A stretch of 64,000 bases of DNA, taken from an uncultured delta proteobacterium. Lineage in GTDB: Bacteria > Desulfobacterota > Binatia > UTPRO1. The notes below the pieces were generated by a model that was given only the letters and a program-made list of their open reading frames with translations, was not told the DNA's origin and did not search any database. Both the position numbers and the translations under genes were made by a program. Shown here one piece after another: positions 11,640 to 20,955 of this stretch (positions within the stretch are counted from its first letter, which is position 1; the number at the start of each line of letters is the position of its first letter). The stretch spans positions 32,292 to 96,291 of the forward strand of contig CAWJUT010000001.1 in assembly GCA_963846105.1 (NCBI GenBank), given 5' to 3'.

Positions 11640-12626
11640 ATGCCGCGTGACCAGTATGGTCGGGAGATCGACTATCTCCGGATCTCCTTGATCGATCACT
11701 GCAATTTGCGGTGTGTCTACTGCATGCCGCTGGCCGGCTTGACGTTCGCACGCGCTGCCGACCTGCTCACGCCCGCGGAGATCGAGGTCGTGGCGCAAGC
11801 GGCGGTCGAGGTCGGCTTCCGCCGCATCCGTCTGACCGGCGGGGAGCCGACCCTCAGGCCTGATCTGCTCGAGATCGTCGAGCGTCTCGCCGCCATCCCC
11901 GGCCTTCAGGACCTGGCCCTCACCACCAACGGCATCTTGCTCCCGGCCCTCGCCCCGGCGCTCGCGGCCGCCGGCCTGAAGCGCGTCAACATCCACCTCG
12001 ACACGCTGCACCCCGAGCGCTTGGCGCGTCTCATGCGCTTCGGGTCCCTCGCCGAGATCTGGGCGGGCATTCTCGCCGCCGAGGCCGCGGGTCTCACCCC
12101 GATCAAGCTGAATGCCGTGGTCACTCGCGGCTACAATGACGGCGATGTCGTCGATCTGGCGGCGCTTACCCGCGAGCGCGGCTGGCACGTGCGCTTCATC
12201 GAGCTGATGCCGCTCGGCGGCGGCGAGCCGGCGGATGTGTCGCGTCAAGCCTTCGTGTCGAGCGCGGAGACCCGCGCGCGCATCGAAGCGTCGCTCGGGT
12301 CGCTCACCGCGCTGCCCATCGCGGACCCCGCAGACGAGGCGCGCAACTATCGCCTCGCCGGCAGCCAGGGCGTGATCGGCTTCATCAGCCCGGTGAGCGA
12401 GCCCTATTGCGGGACCTGCAACCGCATGCGTCTCACCGCCGACGGCAAGTTCCATCTCTGCCTGCTCAACGACGACGAGCGCGACATGCGGCTCGCGCTC
12501 AAGCGCGGCGGCAAGGAGGCGGTCGCGCGCGCCTTGCTGGCGGCCGTCGAGGCCAAACCCATCGGACACCGACTCGCCGCCGGCCACACGATCGAACGAC
12601 GCGAGATGTTTCAGCTCGGCGGGTGA
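11640..12626 (+). CDS. moaA: GTP 3',8-cyclase, molybdenum cofactor biosynthesis
   Basis: YLRISLIDHCNLRCVYC, RLTGGEPTLR, RFIELMP, CGTCNRMRLTADGKFHLCL, MFQLGG C-terminus. Confidence 0.96.
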   Translation: MPRDQYGREIDYLRISLIDHCNLRCVYCMPLAGLTFARAADLLTPAEIEVVAQAAVEVGFRRIRLTGGEPTLRPDLLEIVERLAAIPGLQDLALTTNGILLPALAPALAAAGLKRVNIHLDTLHPERLARLMRFGSLAEIWAGILAAEAAGLTPIKLNAVVTRGYNDGDVVDLAALTRERGWHVRFIELMPLGGGEPADVSRQAFVSSAETRARIEASLGSLTALPIADPADEARNYRLAGSQGVIGFISPVSEPYCGTCNRMRLTADGKFHLCLLNDDERDMRLALKRGGKEAVARALLAAVEAKPIGHRLAAGHTIERREMFQLGG

Positions 12627-12634
12627 CGCACCGG

Positions 12635-13324
12635 ATGCCGGCGCAGACCACCCCGCTCAGCGAAGCACGCGTCGTCTTCGGCCCCGACCTGCTTGCTCCC
12701 GATGATGTCGGTCGGGTTCTCGGCTGCGACGCGGCGACGCTCGCTGCCAGCGCCCCGCACCTTCTCGAGACCGTGCCCTACGACGCCGCCACCTTGCGAG
12801 CCGCGCACGCGCGCGGCGAGATGCTGGTCTTCCGCGTGCCCTCCGACGGGTCGGCGCCGCTCACGGTCCTGCGGCTTCTCGAGCGCTTTCCCGACGTCAT
12901 TCAAGCGAAGCTGATGAAGGGCGTCGGCTACCTCTTGAAAGACGAGTGGACGCTCGAGCAGGAGCCGTTCGCGCACGAGGCCACCTGCACGCTCGGCTGG
13001 CGCCTCGTCCACCGCGAGCCGATCCCGGCGACGCGCAATTTGAGCTACGACCTGCAGGACGGCGCGCTCGCCCAGTACGCGGCGAGCCTCGGTCTCGACG
13101 GCAAGCTCGCGCGGCGCAGCGGAATCGAGATGGTCTACGACATGGTGCTCATCGACCGCGCCCGCGGTGTCCGCTTGCTCGAGCACGCATGGGACTGGTC
13201 GGACACGCGAACGCTCGACGGCGGCTACATCACCGCCGGAGAGTTCGGGGCCGGCGGACTGCACGTGATCGGGTACTCCCGTGCGGTACGCTTCGGCACC
13301 CTCGGCATCTGTGCGCAGCATTGA
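12635..13324 (+). CDS. Hypothetical protein, C-terminus resembling the C-type-lectin/FGE-like fold
   Basis: Good codon usage, follows moaA; ends WDWSDT..GGYITAGEF..GGLHV.GY....FGTLGICAQH. Confidence 0.65.
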   Translation: MPAQTTPLSEARVVFGPDLLAPDDVGRVLGCDAATLAASAPHLLETVPYDAATLRAAHARGEMLVFRVPSDGSAPLTVLRLLERFPDVIQAKLMKGVGYLLKDEWTLEQEPFAHEATCTLGWRLVHREPIPATRNLSYDLQDGALAQYAASLGLDGKLARRSGIEMVYDMVLIDRARGVRLLEHAWDWSDTRTLDGGYITAGEFGAGGLHVIGYSRAVRFGTLGICAQH

Positions 13325-13360
13325 CGGCGTGGCGAACGGGATGCGCCGGGGACTCGACAC

Positions 13361-13606
13361 ATGTACTTCGTAACCAGCAAGAAGGCGGGCTATCAGCTCT
13401 TCTGCATGACGCCGAGTGGGCGCGGCGCCATCGGCTTGACCGACACGCAGAAGGTTCACCTTTTCGAGCGCGCGGGAGCCGAATGGCAGGTGTTGCGTGA
13501 ATGGGATGCCACCGAACGCTCGCACACCGACATCATGATCGCGCTCGGCGACTGCGAGGAGCCCGCCGATCCGAAGGCGCTGCTCGACCTGATCGCGAAG
13601 ACGTAG
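13361..13606 (+). CDS. Small hypothetical protein (81 aa)
   Basis: Clean ORF with globular composition and GC3-biased codons. Confidence 0.7.
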   Translation: MYFVTSKKAGYQLFCMTPSGRGAIGLTDTQKVHLFERAGAEWQVLREWDATERSHTDIMIALGDCEEPADPKALLDLIAKT

Positions 13607-13654
13607 GCCCGGCCGATCTGAGACCGCGTCCGCGCGCCTGGCCGGCCACCGCCT

Positions 13655-15553
13655 TCAGGGGCCTCGCCATTCCCGGCGCCATTCGCGACGGTAGCGCTCT
13701 ACTCCATCGACGGTCACGGTCGAGGCGAGCTCGACCTCGCGTGCCGTCATGTGCTGCGATGCCTTGACCGCGATCACGTCCCCATCCTGCATGACGTCGA
13801 GAGAGTAGCAGGCATCCAGAGTCGCCTCGGCACGCTCGCCGGTGCCGGCCCGGGCGACGTAGTCGTGACGGCTCTCGATGAACGCCCCCGTCGGCGTCGT
13901 GAACTTCATCTCCAGTCCGGCATGGGTGCCCGCCGTGCCGCGCACGACGTCGTGCTCGACCTGCCAGCTCGGCACGAAAACGATCGGCCCCTCGCTGAGC
14001 AGCGCCATGAGATCGGGCGGCGCGAAGCTCGGCGTTCCGGTCGGCGGGCGCTCGCCGCGTACCGCCGGCAGACACAGGACGGAGGTGCGCCGATCGATCT
14101 CGATGGTACCGTTTCCGCGTCCCGGCCACAGGCGGGGGAAGTCACTACAGGCGATCGAGAGCCGCACCCGATGCCCGGGGGCGAAGCGATACGCGGTGCA
14201 CCAGAGCCTGATTTCGACGTCGGCGCCACGCGGGACGAGCCAGCCGGTCGTCACCAGCGTGGAGCTGCCATCGGGCGCGACGTCGCAGAGCTTCGCCACC
14301 AACGTCGGATCGTCCCACGAGGCGGTGACCCGCAGGCGCACCGATGGCCTGCCCGCGATCTCCAGCGCCTCGGGAAGCGGCTGGCTGGTGTAGGTCAACG
14401 ACAGGGCGTCGTCCCGACGTTGGTCCTGCGGATAGTCGAGTCCCATCGGCAGCGGGCTCCACAGACCCGACTGCAGCCCGACGGTGTGCTGCACCCGATA
14501 GTGATCACTGCCTGGATCCGGGTCGCCCTCGCCGAGCACTCCGCCACTGCGGGGTACGAAGCGTCGCGTTTCAGCCGGAGGCGGATAGGCGTCCTCGAAG
14601 CGCCAGCCACCACCTTCACCCTGAACGAACACGCGTGCCGCGGGCTCCCGCATGACACCGGTCTCCTCGCCCTTCAGCCAATGGTCGAACCAGCGCGCGA
14701 TCTCGTGCTCGTGATCGAGCGCCTCGACCACCGACAGGTGCGGCAACATGTGCACCCACGGTCCGACCAGAAGGCGCTTCGGGCCCGCGATGCGCTCGAA
14801 CTGCGCGATGCAGTCATCCAGGAAAATGTCGCGCCATCCGGCGATGACGAGCGTCGGCGTCGTGATCGACGCCGCGTCGATGTTGCCGCGCCTCCAGTAC
14901 GGGTCGTCTTCCGGCAGGTGCTCGAGGCCGTCCATCAGGTAGGGCTGGTGCGTCGCGAGGCGCGATTCCCAGAGCGCGCGCCAACGCCCGGCCGCATCGC
15001 GGAAGAGCGGTGGCGTCAGGTTCATGGCCTGCATGAAGCTCATCCACGCACCCATGCTGCCGAACAGATTCGGACGCCCGCCGGGGACGAGCCAGGTACG
15101 ATACAGGTCCGTCACTCCGTAGATCGGCGCGATCGCCGTCAGGTGCGGCGGATGCAGGCTCGCGGCCTTGAGCGCCGTGATGCCGCCGTACGAGATGCCC
15201 CACATGCCGACCTTGCCGGTGCACCAGCGCTGCGCCCCTACCCACTCGACGAGATCGTAGAGATCCATGGTCACGATCGGCTCGAGCGCGTCGACACTGG
15301 TGCCGTCGGAGCCGCCGGTCCCGCGGCAGTCGACGAGCAAGGCGGCATAACCGCGCCGCGCGAATCCCTTGAGCGCGGCCACGAACGAAACGCCGATCAT
15401 TCCGTCCTTGTGGTACGGGTAGCAGCTGACCACGGCGGGCCAGGGGCCGTTGCCGGAAGGTCGGTAGACGTCTGCCGCCAGACGCGCCCCGTCGCGCATC
15501 GGGATCAGGACGTTTCTCTCGACGGTGATGTCGGCTTCCATCGGCACCTTCAC
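13655..15553 (-). CDS. CocE/NonD family (peptidase S15) hydrolase
   Basis: IPMRDGARLAAD, GMWGISYGG nucleophile elbow, GWRD, GPWVH, C-terminal PepX-like beta domain. Confidence 0.92.
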   Translation of the reverse strand: MKVPMEADITVERNVLIPMRDGARLAADVYRPSGNGPWPAVVSCYPYHKDGMIGVSFVAALKGFARRGYAALLVDCRGTGGSDGTSVDALEPIVTMDLYDLVEWVGAQRWCTGKVGMWGISYGGITALKAASLHPPHLTAIAPIYGVTDLYRTWLVPGGRPNLFGSMGAWMSFMQAMNLTPPLFRDAAGRWRALWESRLATHQPYLMDGLEHLPEDDPYWRRGNIDAASITTPTLVIAGWRDIFLDDCIAQFERIAGPKRLLVGPWVHMLPHLSVVEALDHEHEIARWFDHWLKGEETGVMREPAARVFVQGEGGGWRFEDAYPPPAETRRFVPRSGGVLGEGDPDPGSDHYRVQHTVGLQSGLWSPLPMGLDYPQDQRRDDALSLTYTSQPLPEALEIAGRPSVRLRVTASWDDPTLVAKLCDVAPDGSSTLVTTGWLVPRGADVEIRLWCTAYRFAPGHRVRLSIACSDFPRLWPGRGNGTIEIDRRTSVLCLPAVRGERPPTGTPSFAPPDLMALLSEGPIVFVPSWQVEHDVVRGTAGTHAGLEMKFTTPTGAFIESRHDYVARAGTGERAEATLDACYSLDVMQDGDVIAVKASQHMTAREVELASTVTVDGVERYRREWRREWRGP

Positions 15554-15613
15554 TCGTGGAGAGGGCCGACTATTCGTCCGGGTCAGCGGCGAGTCAACCG
15601 CGCCGCCGAATGG

Positions 15614-16144
15614 TCACGACCTGCGACGGGATGGAGACGTGAGCACGGTCACCGTGCGACGCTGGACGCCGAAGCGGCGTGCTTCGGGGAGGCTCGCTAG
15701 GTAGAGATCGATGTGGTGACCTTTGACGCCGCCGCCGATATCCTCGGCGATGCGCTCACCGATACCCTCGATGTAGACGCGCGAGCCGAGTGGGATCACC
15801 TTGGGATCGACGGCGATTGTCCGCCCCGCGCGCGCGCAGATGCCGGTCTTGGTGATCGGACGCGCCTGGCCGAGCTGTGGACCCGAGTACGCCGTCAGCT
15901 TGAACCGCCCGAGCGGCGCGCGCGGGTGGTCGGCGGGGATGGCGTAGCCGGACGGTCTGGCCAACTCGCTCGCCGGCCGCGCCGCCGGGATGCGGGAAGG
16001 GGCCAGTGGCGCAATCGCCGCAGCGGATGCTTTGACCGTGTCGCCGGGTAGCGGGGGAGCCGAAAGCGCCGGCACACTCAGATTGCTTGCGCTGGAGAGG
16101 ATGAGGCCGGCTAACAGGGCGATTCTCATGACGATTGGCTTCAT
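15614..16144 (-). CDS. Secreted 3D-domain (peptidoglycan lytic) protein
   Basis: Signal peptide; TAY, IAVDPKVIPLGS, AEDIGG.VKG.HIDLY (three Asp). Confidence 0.9.
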   Translation of the reverse strand: MKPIVMRIALLAGLILSSASNLSVPALSAPPLPGDTVKASAAAIAPLAPSRIPAARPASELARPSGYAIPADHPRAPLGRFKLTAYSGPQLGQARPITKTGICARAGRTIAVDPKVIPLGSRVYIEGIGERIAEDIGGGVKGHHIDLYLASLPEARRFGVQRRTVTVLTSPSRRRS

Positions 16145-16262
16145 GAGTCGTTCTCCTGAGGTGCTTGTCGACTTTTCAAACGGTACGGCCGCGGGGGCGA
16201 TTGGCCGCTTCGACAGTGAGCCTTGGCGTAGCCTACGGCCCGCGCTGCTGTCAACCGCTTCG

Positions 16263-16282
16263 GAGTGCGATATCGCGCACTC
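16263..16282. terminator. Hairpin GAGTGCG-ATATCG-CGCACTC at the 3' end of the cupin gene
   Basis: Perfect 7-bp stem; no clear U tract. Confidence 0.35.
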
Positions 16283-16746
16283 TACGGGGACGCCGATAGG
16301 ACAAAGTCTGGTTTCTCCAATCGTGGCGTATAGATAGCGAGTCCGGTGACGATGGTGCCGGGGGCCGGATGGAAGTGATGAACCCTACCACGGGCGATGT
16401 GCAACACGTCTCCGGCCCCAACCTCCAGCCTGCGATCCTCGACGAACAGGGTCCCGCCCCCGCGCAGCACGACGACCGTGAGATCGTGCTCGGCGTGGAG
16501 GTGCGGAGGCTCCGGAGTCTCCGTTTGGAGCAGCTGGTAGGTCGCGTCCAACCCCTCCCCCCATACGCCCCGCCGCAGCCCTGGCCCTGCCTGGGGAAGG
16601 GCTTGCGCGACCTCCATGGCGTCCCCTGCCCTCGGCGGGCCCTCGCCCTCCCACACCAGCCGCGGCTCGCGCCCGGATCCGGTGACAGGTCCGCACGCCG
16701 CAAGGACTCCCGCAGCGGCGACCAGCAACGACACGCGCGCCCCCAT
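16282..16746 (-). CDS. Cupin-domain lipoprotein
   Basis: Lipobox LAAC; PHLHAEHD..VVLRGGG and GDVLHIARGRVHHF cupin motifs. Confidence 0.82.
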   Translation of the reverse strand: MGARVSLLVAAAGVLAACGPVTGSGREPRLVWEGEGPPRAGDAMEVAQALPQAGPGLRRGVWGEGLDATYQLLQTETPEPPHLHAEHDLTVVVLRGGGTLFVEDRRLEVGAGDVLHIARGRVHHFHPAPGTIVTGLAIYTPRLEKPDFVLSASP

Positions 16747-16812
16747 GAGGCGCTCCATGCCTCACCAGCGCGGCGCCTTGCAATGCCATCCGACGGTTCG
16801 TAGGAGGCGACG

Positions 16813-17827
16813 ATGCGCGCCGTCTTCTGCACCGGCCCGGAGCGCGTCGAAGTGCGCGACGTTCCCCCGCCCGAGGCCGCGCCCGGCGAGGTGATGGTCC
16901 GTGTCCACGCCTGTGGGATCTGCGGCAGCGACCTCCACCGCTACCACGCCGGTCTCGTCTTGCCCGTCTGCTTCGGCCACGAGATTTGCGGACGTGTCGT
17001 CACCGCGACCGACGACCTCGCCAACGGCGACGCCGTCGTCGATCGAGCCTCTGCTCTCCTGCGGAGCGTGCGAGCGTTGTCGTACCGGCGAGCCGAATCT
17101 CTGTCGCGACGTGCGCATCCTCGGCAGCATGGCGCCTGGCGGCATGGCCGACGTCGTGTGTGTGCCGTCGTCGTGCGTCTATCGCCTGCCCGCCGCCTTG
17201 GATCTCGACGTCGCGGTACTCGCCGAGCCACTCGCCGTCGCCGTGCACGCGGTGGCGCTCGCCGCCATCGCACCCGGCGAGAACGTCCTCGTCCTGGGGG
17301 CGGGGGCGATCGGTCTCTTGACGGTCTTCGCCGTCGCTCGTGCCGGTGCGCGCGTCACCGTGAGCGCTCGCCATCCCCATCAGGAGGCCACGGCCCGCAT
17401 GCTCGGCGCCGCCCGCGTCATCGCCACCGACCGCGACGCCATCCGCATTGCCACCATCGCGGAGCCGCCCGACGTCGTCCTGGAGACCGTGGGTGGCACC
17501 GCCGCCACGCTCGATCTCGCCCTCAAGGCGGTGCGCGGCGGCGGTCGCATCGTCGTGCTCGGCATCTTCACGCAACCGATCGCCATCGACCCGTTGCGCT
17601 TCATCATGAAGGAGGTCCGATTCACCGGCTCGATGACATACAGCCGCCGGGGTGCGCGCCCCGACTTCGCGACCGCCCTCGCGCACCTCGCCGCCGAACG
17701 CGCGCTTCTCGCGCAGCTCATCACACATCGCGTCCCGCTCGCCGAGGCATCGCGCGGCTTTGTGCTCGCCGCCGACAAATCGAGCGGCGCCATCAAGGTC
17801 GTGCTGACGATGGCGTCGGTAGATTGA
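16813..17827 (+). CDS. Zinc-dependent alcohol dehydrogenase, MDR family (frameshift near 17040)
   Basis: CGICGSDLH, GHE, CGACERC..GEPNLC, EPLAV, GAGAIG. Confidence 0.92.
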
Positions 17828-17926
17828 CGGTCCACCGCCCCGAACATACCCGCGCCGCACCTGCGCGTGTGGACGGGCGCAGATGAATGCGATAGACGCA
17901 CGCCGCACGTGAGCGAGGGAGGACGC

Positions 17927-19347
17927 ATGGTTGGCGCGGCAGCGGATCGGACACGACGGTGGCTCGCAGGGGCCGCGAGCGTCCTCGGGCTGGTGGTCGC
18001 GGGCTGCGGCGGAGGCGGCGGGAAGGATCGGAGCTTCGTGCTGCCGCCCGGAACCGCGGTCGATGGGACGGCGAGCGCGCGGGTTCTCCTCGTCGTCGAG
18101 GCCAGCAACGAATGCGAATCGCACGGGAACTGCCTCTTCTCCTCGCCCGCACCGGGAGCGACGCCGAGCCCGACGCCGGCTCCCTCGATCTGCGACATCG
18201 GCGTCGGCAACACCCGCGGCCTGGCGCTCTATCGGCTCGGCACCGGCGGGTTGCTGCTCGATAGTCCCGGCGCGGCCCGGCACACCGGACGACCCGGAGC
18301 AGATCATCGCCACCGGCGACAACCCACGGCGCGTACTGATGCACCCGAACAAGCCCGACATCGCCTACGTGGCGACGCTCGAGCGCATCCAGGTGTTCCG
18401 CCTCGCCGGCACGGCGGGGAGGCGGTACGCGCTGCATCGGCCAGACCAGGAGCGAAGTCGAGATCGACCCCGAGGCGGACGACCTCGATCCCATCGACCT
18501 CGCGATCGATGCCACCGTCGGCGACGGTGTCCTCTATGTCGCATCGGCAGGCCGCAGCCGCATCGACGCCTATGCCATCGCGCCCGACGGTACGATTCCG
18601 GAGGTGCCGACGAGCTGCGTGATCGGCGCCAACTTCGACGAATTCTCCGCGGTTACCCCGTTGACCGCCGATTTCCTCGCCGCCGCCGGCCGCGAGCGCA
18701 TCCTGGTGTACCAGCGAGCCGGCGGACAGTTTCCGCCTCCGTCGGCCGAGCCCGAGGCGACACCCACACCCCTGCCATCGCCCGAGCAGCGGTGCCAAGG
18801 CGTGCAGAACGTTACGCTCCCGGTATCGGTGCTCGGAGGCGCGCTCGTGACCGATCTCCTCTTCGCCCCTTCCGCCGCCGCACCGATCGGCCAGCTCTTC
18901 ATCTCCGAGGAGGTGAGTCGGCGCGTGTTCACCTTCCCGATCGACGCGACCGGCGCGCTCGCCGAGGACAACTCCAGTCGAACGGGCCGCATCGGCGTCT
19001 ACCAGTACATGCTGCGCCACGACGTCGGCGGCGCCGCCCTCCTGTACTCGAGCGTCTTCAACGAGGGTCGCGTCGACGCCTTCCGTCTCGAGGATGACGG
19101 CCTCTTGCCATCGGAGACGTTCAGCCGCACCGCCGAGGATCCCGACGCATTGCCGGTCGGGTTGGCGATCGAGGGCACCATCTTGTACGTCGCCGAAGGC
19201 GGCCTCGGGCGCGTCGATGGATTCCGTATTCTGTCCGATGGCGGGCTCGACGCGCTGCCGCTCACCAGCACCCGCGTCGTGCTCGGAAACCAAGGGCAGA
19301 TCCTCGACACGTTCCCGAACGACCTCGCGATCGTCACCTTGCCGTAG
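17927..19347 (+). CDS. Secreted lipoprotein, probable beta-propeller (frameshifts ~18290 and ~18430)
   Basis: RBS GGAGG; lipobox VAGC followed by GGGGG; repeated strand-rich units (IAYVA, VLYVA, LFIS, LLYSS, ILYVA). Confidence 0.65.
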
Positions 19348-19386
19348 GAGCGTCGGCCACGGACCGCAAAAGGTCGCGGCCGGCAC

Positions 19387-20955
19387 GTGGCAGGGACGCA
19401 ACCTTCCCGGCGCGCGGCGCCAGACCCCGGCAAGCGGGGCCATGGCGAGCCATCGTCGCCGCGGTCGGCATCGGTCTCGCCCTCGGCGCGAGCTACCTCG
19501 ACTTTCGCCTCTTCGCCGTGCCCTGGCTCGGCGTGGCGGCGCTCATCGCGCTCGTCGACCGCGAGCCGCCCGGGCGCGCGTTCTGGCTCGGGATCGTCTG
19601 CGGCGGGACCGGACTCGCCCTTGCGTTCGCCTGGCTCGTGTACACGTTCCGGGTCTTCGGTGGATTCTCGACGGCGCCGGCGATCGCGATCTATCTCGGG
19701 GCCGTCGGGTGGATGGCCCTCGAGTTCGGCCTCATCACCGCGATGGTGGCGTGGATCGGCCGCCTCCCGCTCGCGCTCGGTCCTCCGCTCGCCTTCACCG
19801 CGATCGAGTTCCTCTTTCCATCGTTCTTCCCGTGGCGCTTCGCGCATTCGCAGTACCTGGTCCCCATACTGCTGCAGAGCGCGGACCTGGCGGGCCCCTT
19901 TTTGCTCACGTTCACGATGGTGTGGACGAGCGCCGGTTTGCTCGGCGCCTTTCGGTACCTGACCGGCGGTGGCGGCCTGCGCGCCGCCGCGACCGCCATC
20001 GCCGCTCCGATGGCACTGCTCGCCGCTCTCCTCGCATACGGAGGCTGGCGCCTCACCGAGGTGCGTGCCGCCCGCGGCGCCGCGCCGGCGCTTCGACTCG
20101 GTATCGTGCAGGGCAACATCGACGTCGACCAGAAGGGTGATCCACGCCTCTTCGCGAGCAACATCGCCGAATACCGTGCGCTCTCGCACCGGGTCGCCGC
20201 CGACGTCGATCTCCTCATCTGGCCCGAGACCGTGGTGCTGAAGCCGATCGGCCTCGATCGCACCCGTTTGACCGGCGCCGAGAGTCCGTTCCCCGATGCG
20301 CCGCGCCCATTGCTCTTCGGCGCCCTCGCGCAGGTCGAGAGCCCGCGCGGTCCGCGGCTCACCAACAGCGCCTTTCTGTTGCAACCCGATGGCACCCTTG
20401 CCGGCCGCTACGACAAACGCGTCCTGATGCCGTTCGGCGAGTACATCCCGCTCGGCGATCGCTTCCCGTCGCTGTACGAGCTCAGCCCGGAGACCGGCGA
20501 CTTCGCGGCCGGCCTCGACCAGAACCCGCTGCTCGCTCGGATCGACCGCGCGTCTCGGCGTCCTGATCTGCTACGAGGATCTCGTCCCCGCGTCAGCGCG
20601 CGCCGCCGTCGCCGCCGGCGCCACACTGCTCGTGAATCTCACCAACGACGCCTGGTACGGACGGAGCGCGGCGCCGCTGCAGCATCAGGCGCTCGCGCTC
20701 TTGCGTGCCGTCGAGACCCGGCGTGACCTCGTCCGCGTCACCAACACCGGGCTCACGAGCCTGATCGGCGCCACCGGCGAGATCCTCGCCGAGCTGCCGA
20801 TGTTCGAAACGCGCACGCTCGCCGTCGACGCTCGACTCCTCACCACGCGCACCGTCTATGCCGCGGCCGGCGACGTCTTCGGATGGGGAGTCGTCGCCGT
20901 GCTCGCGGCAGTCGTCATCCGGCGCCGGTCGAGCCGCCGGCCGCCCGCGTCGTGA
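19387..20955 (+). CDS. lnt: Apolipoprotein N-acyltransferase (frameshifts ~19440 and ~20540)
   Basis: Multi-TM N-half; VQGNI, IWPET, NSA, YDKRVLMPFGEYIP, ICYE, NLTNDAWY, R.TNTG. Confidence 0.93.

Noticed and set aside
11510-11640. Known Moco riboswitch upstream of moaA
   Set aside because: The gap is filled by the direct repeat and promoter; I could not match it to the Moco motif by eye. An Infernal scan would settle it.
12635-13324. Active diversity-generating retroelement
   Set aside because: No reverse transcriptase, Avd or template repeat in the window; kept only as a fold hypothesis.
16145-16281. c-di-AMP (ydaO) or c-di-GMP riboswitch before the 3D-domain gene
   Set aside because: The conserved motifs are not recognisable; only one hairpin and a TTGACA without a properly spaced -10.
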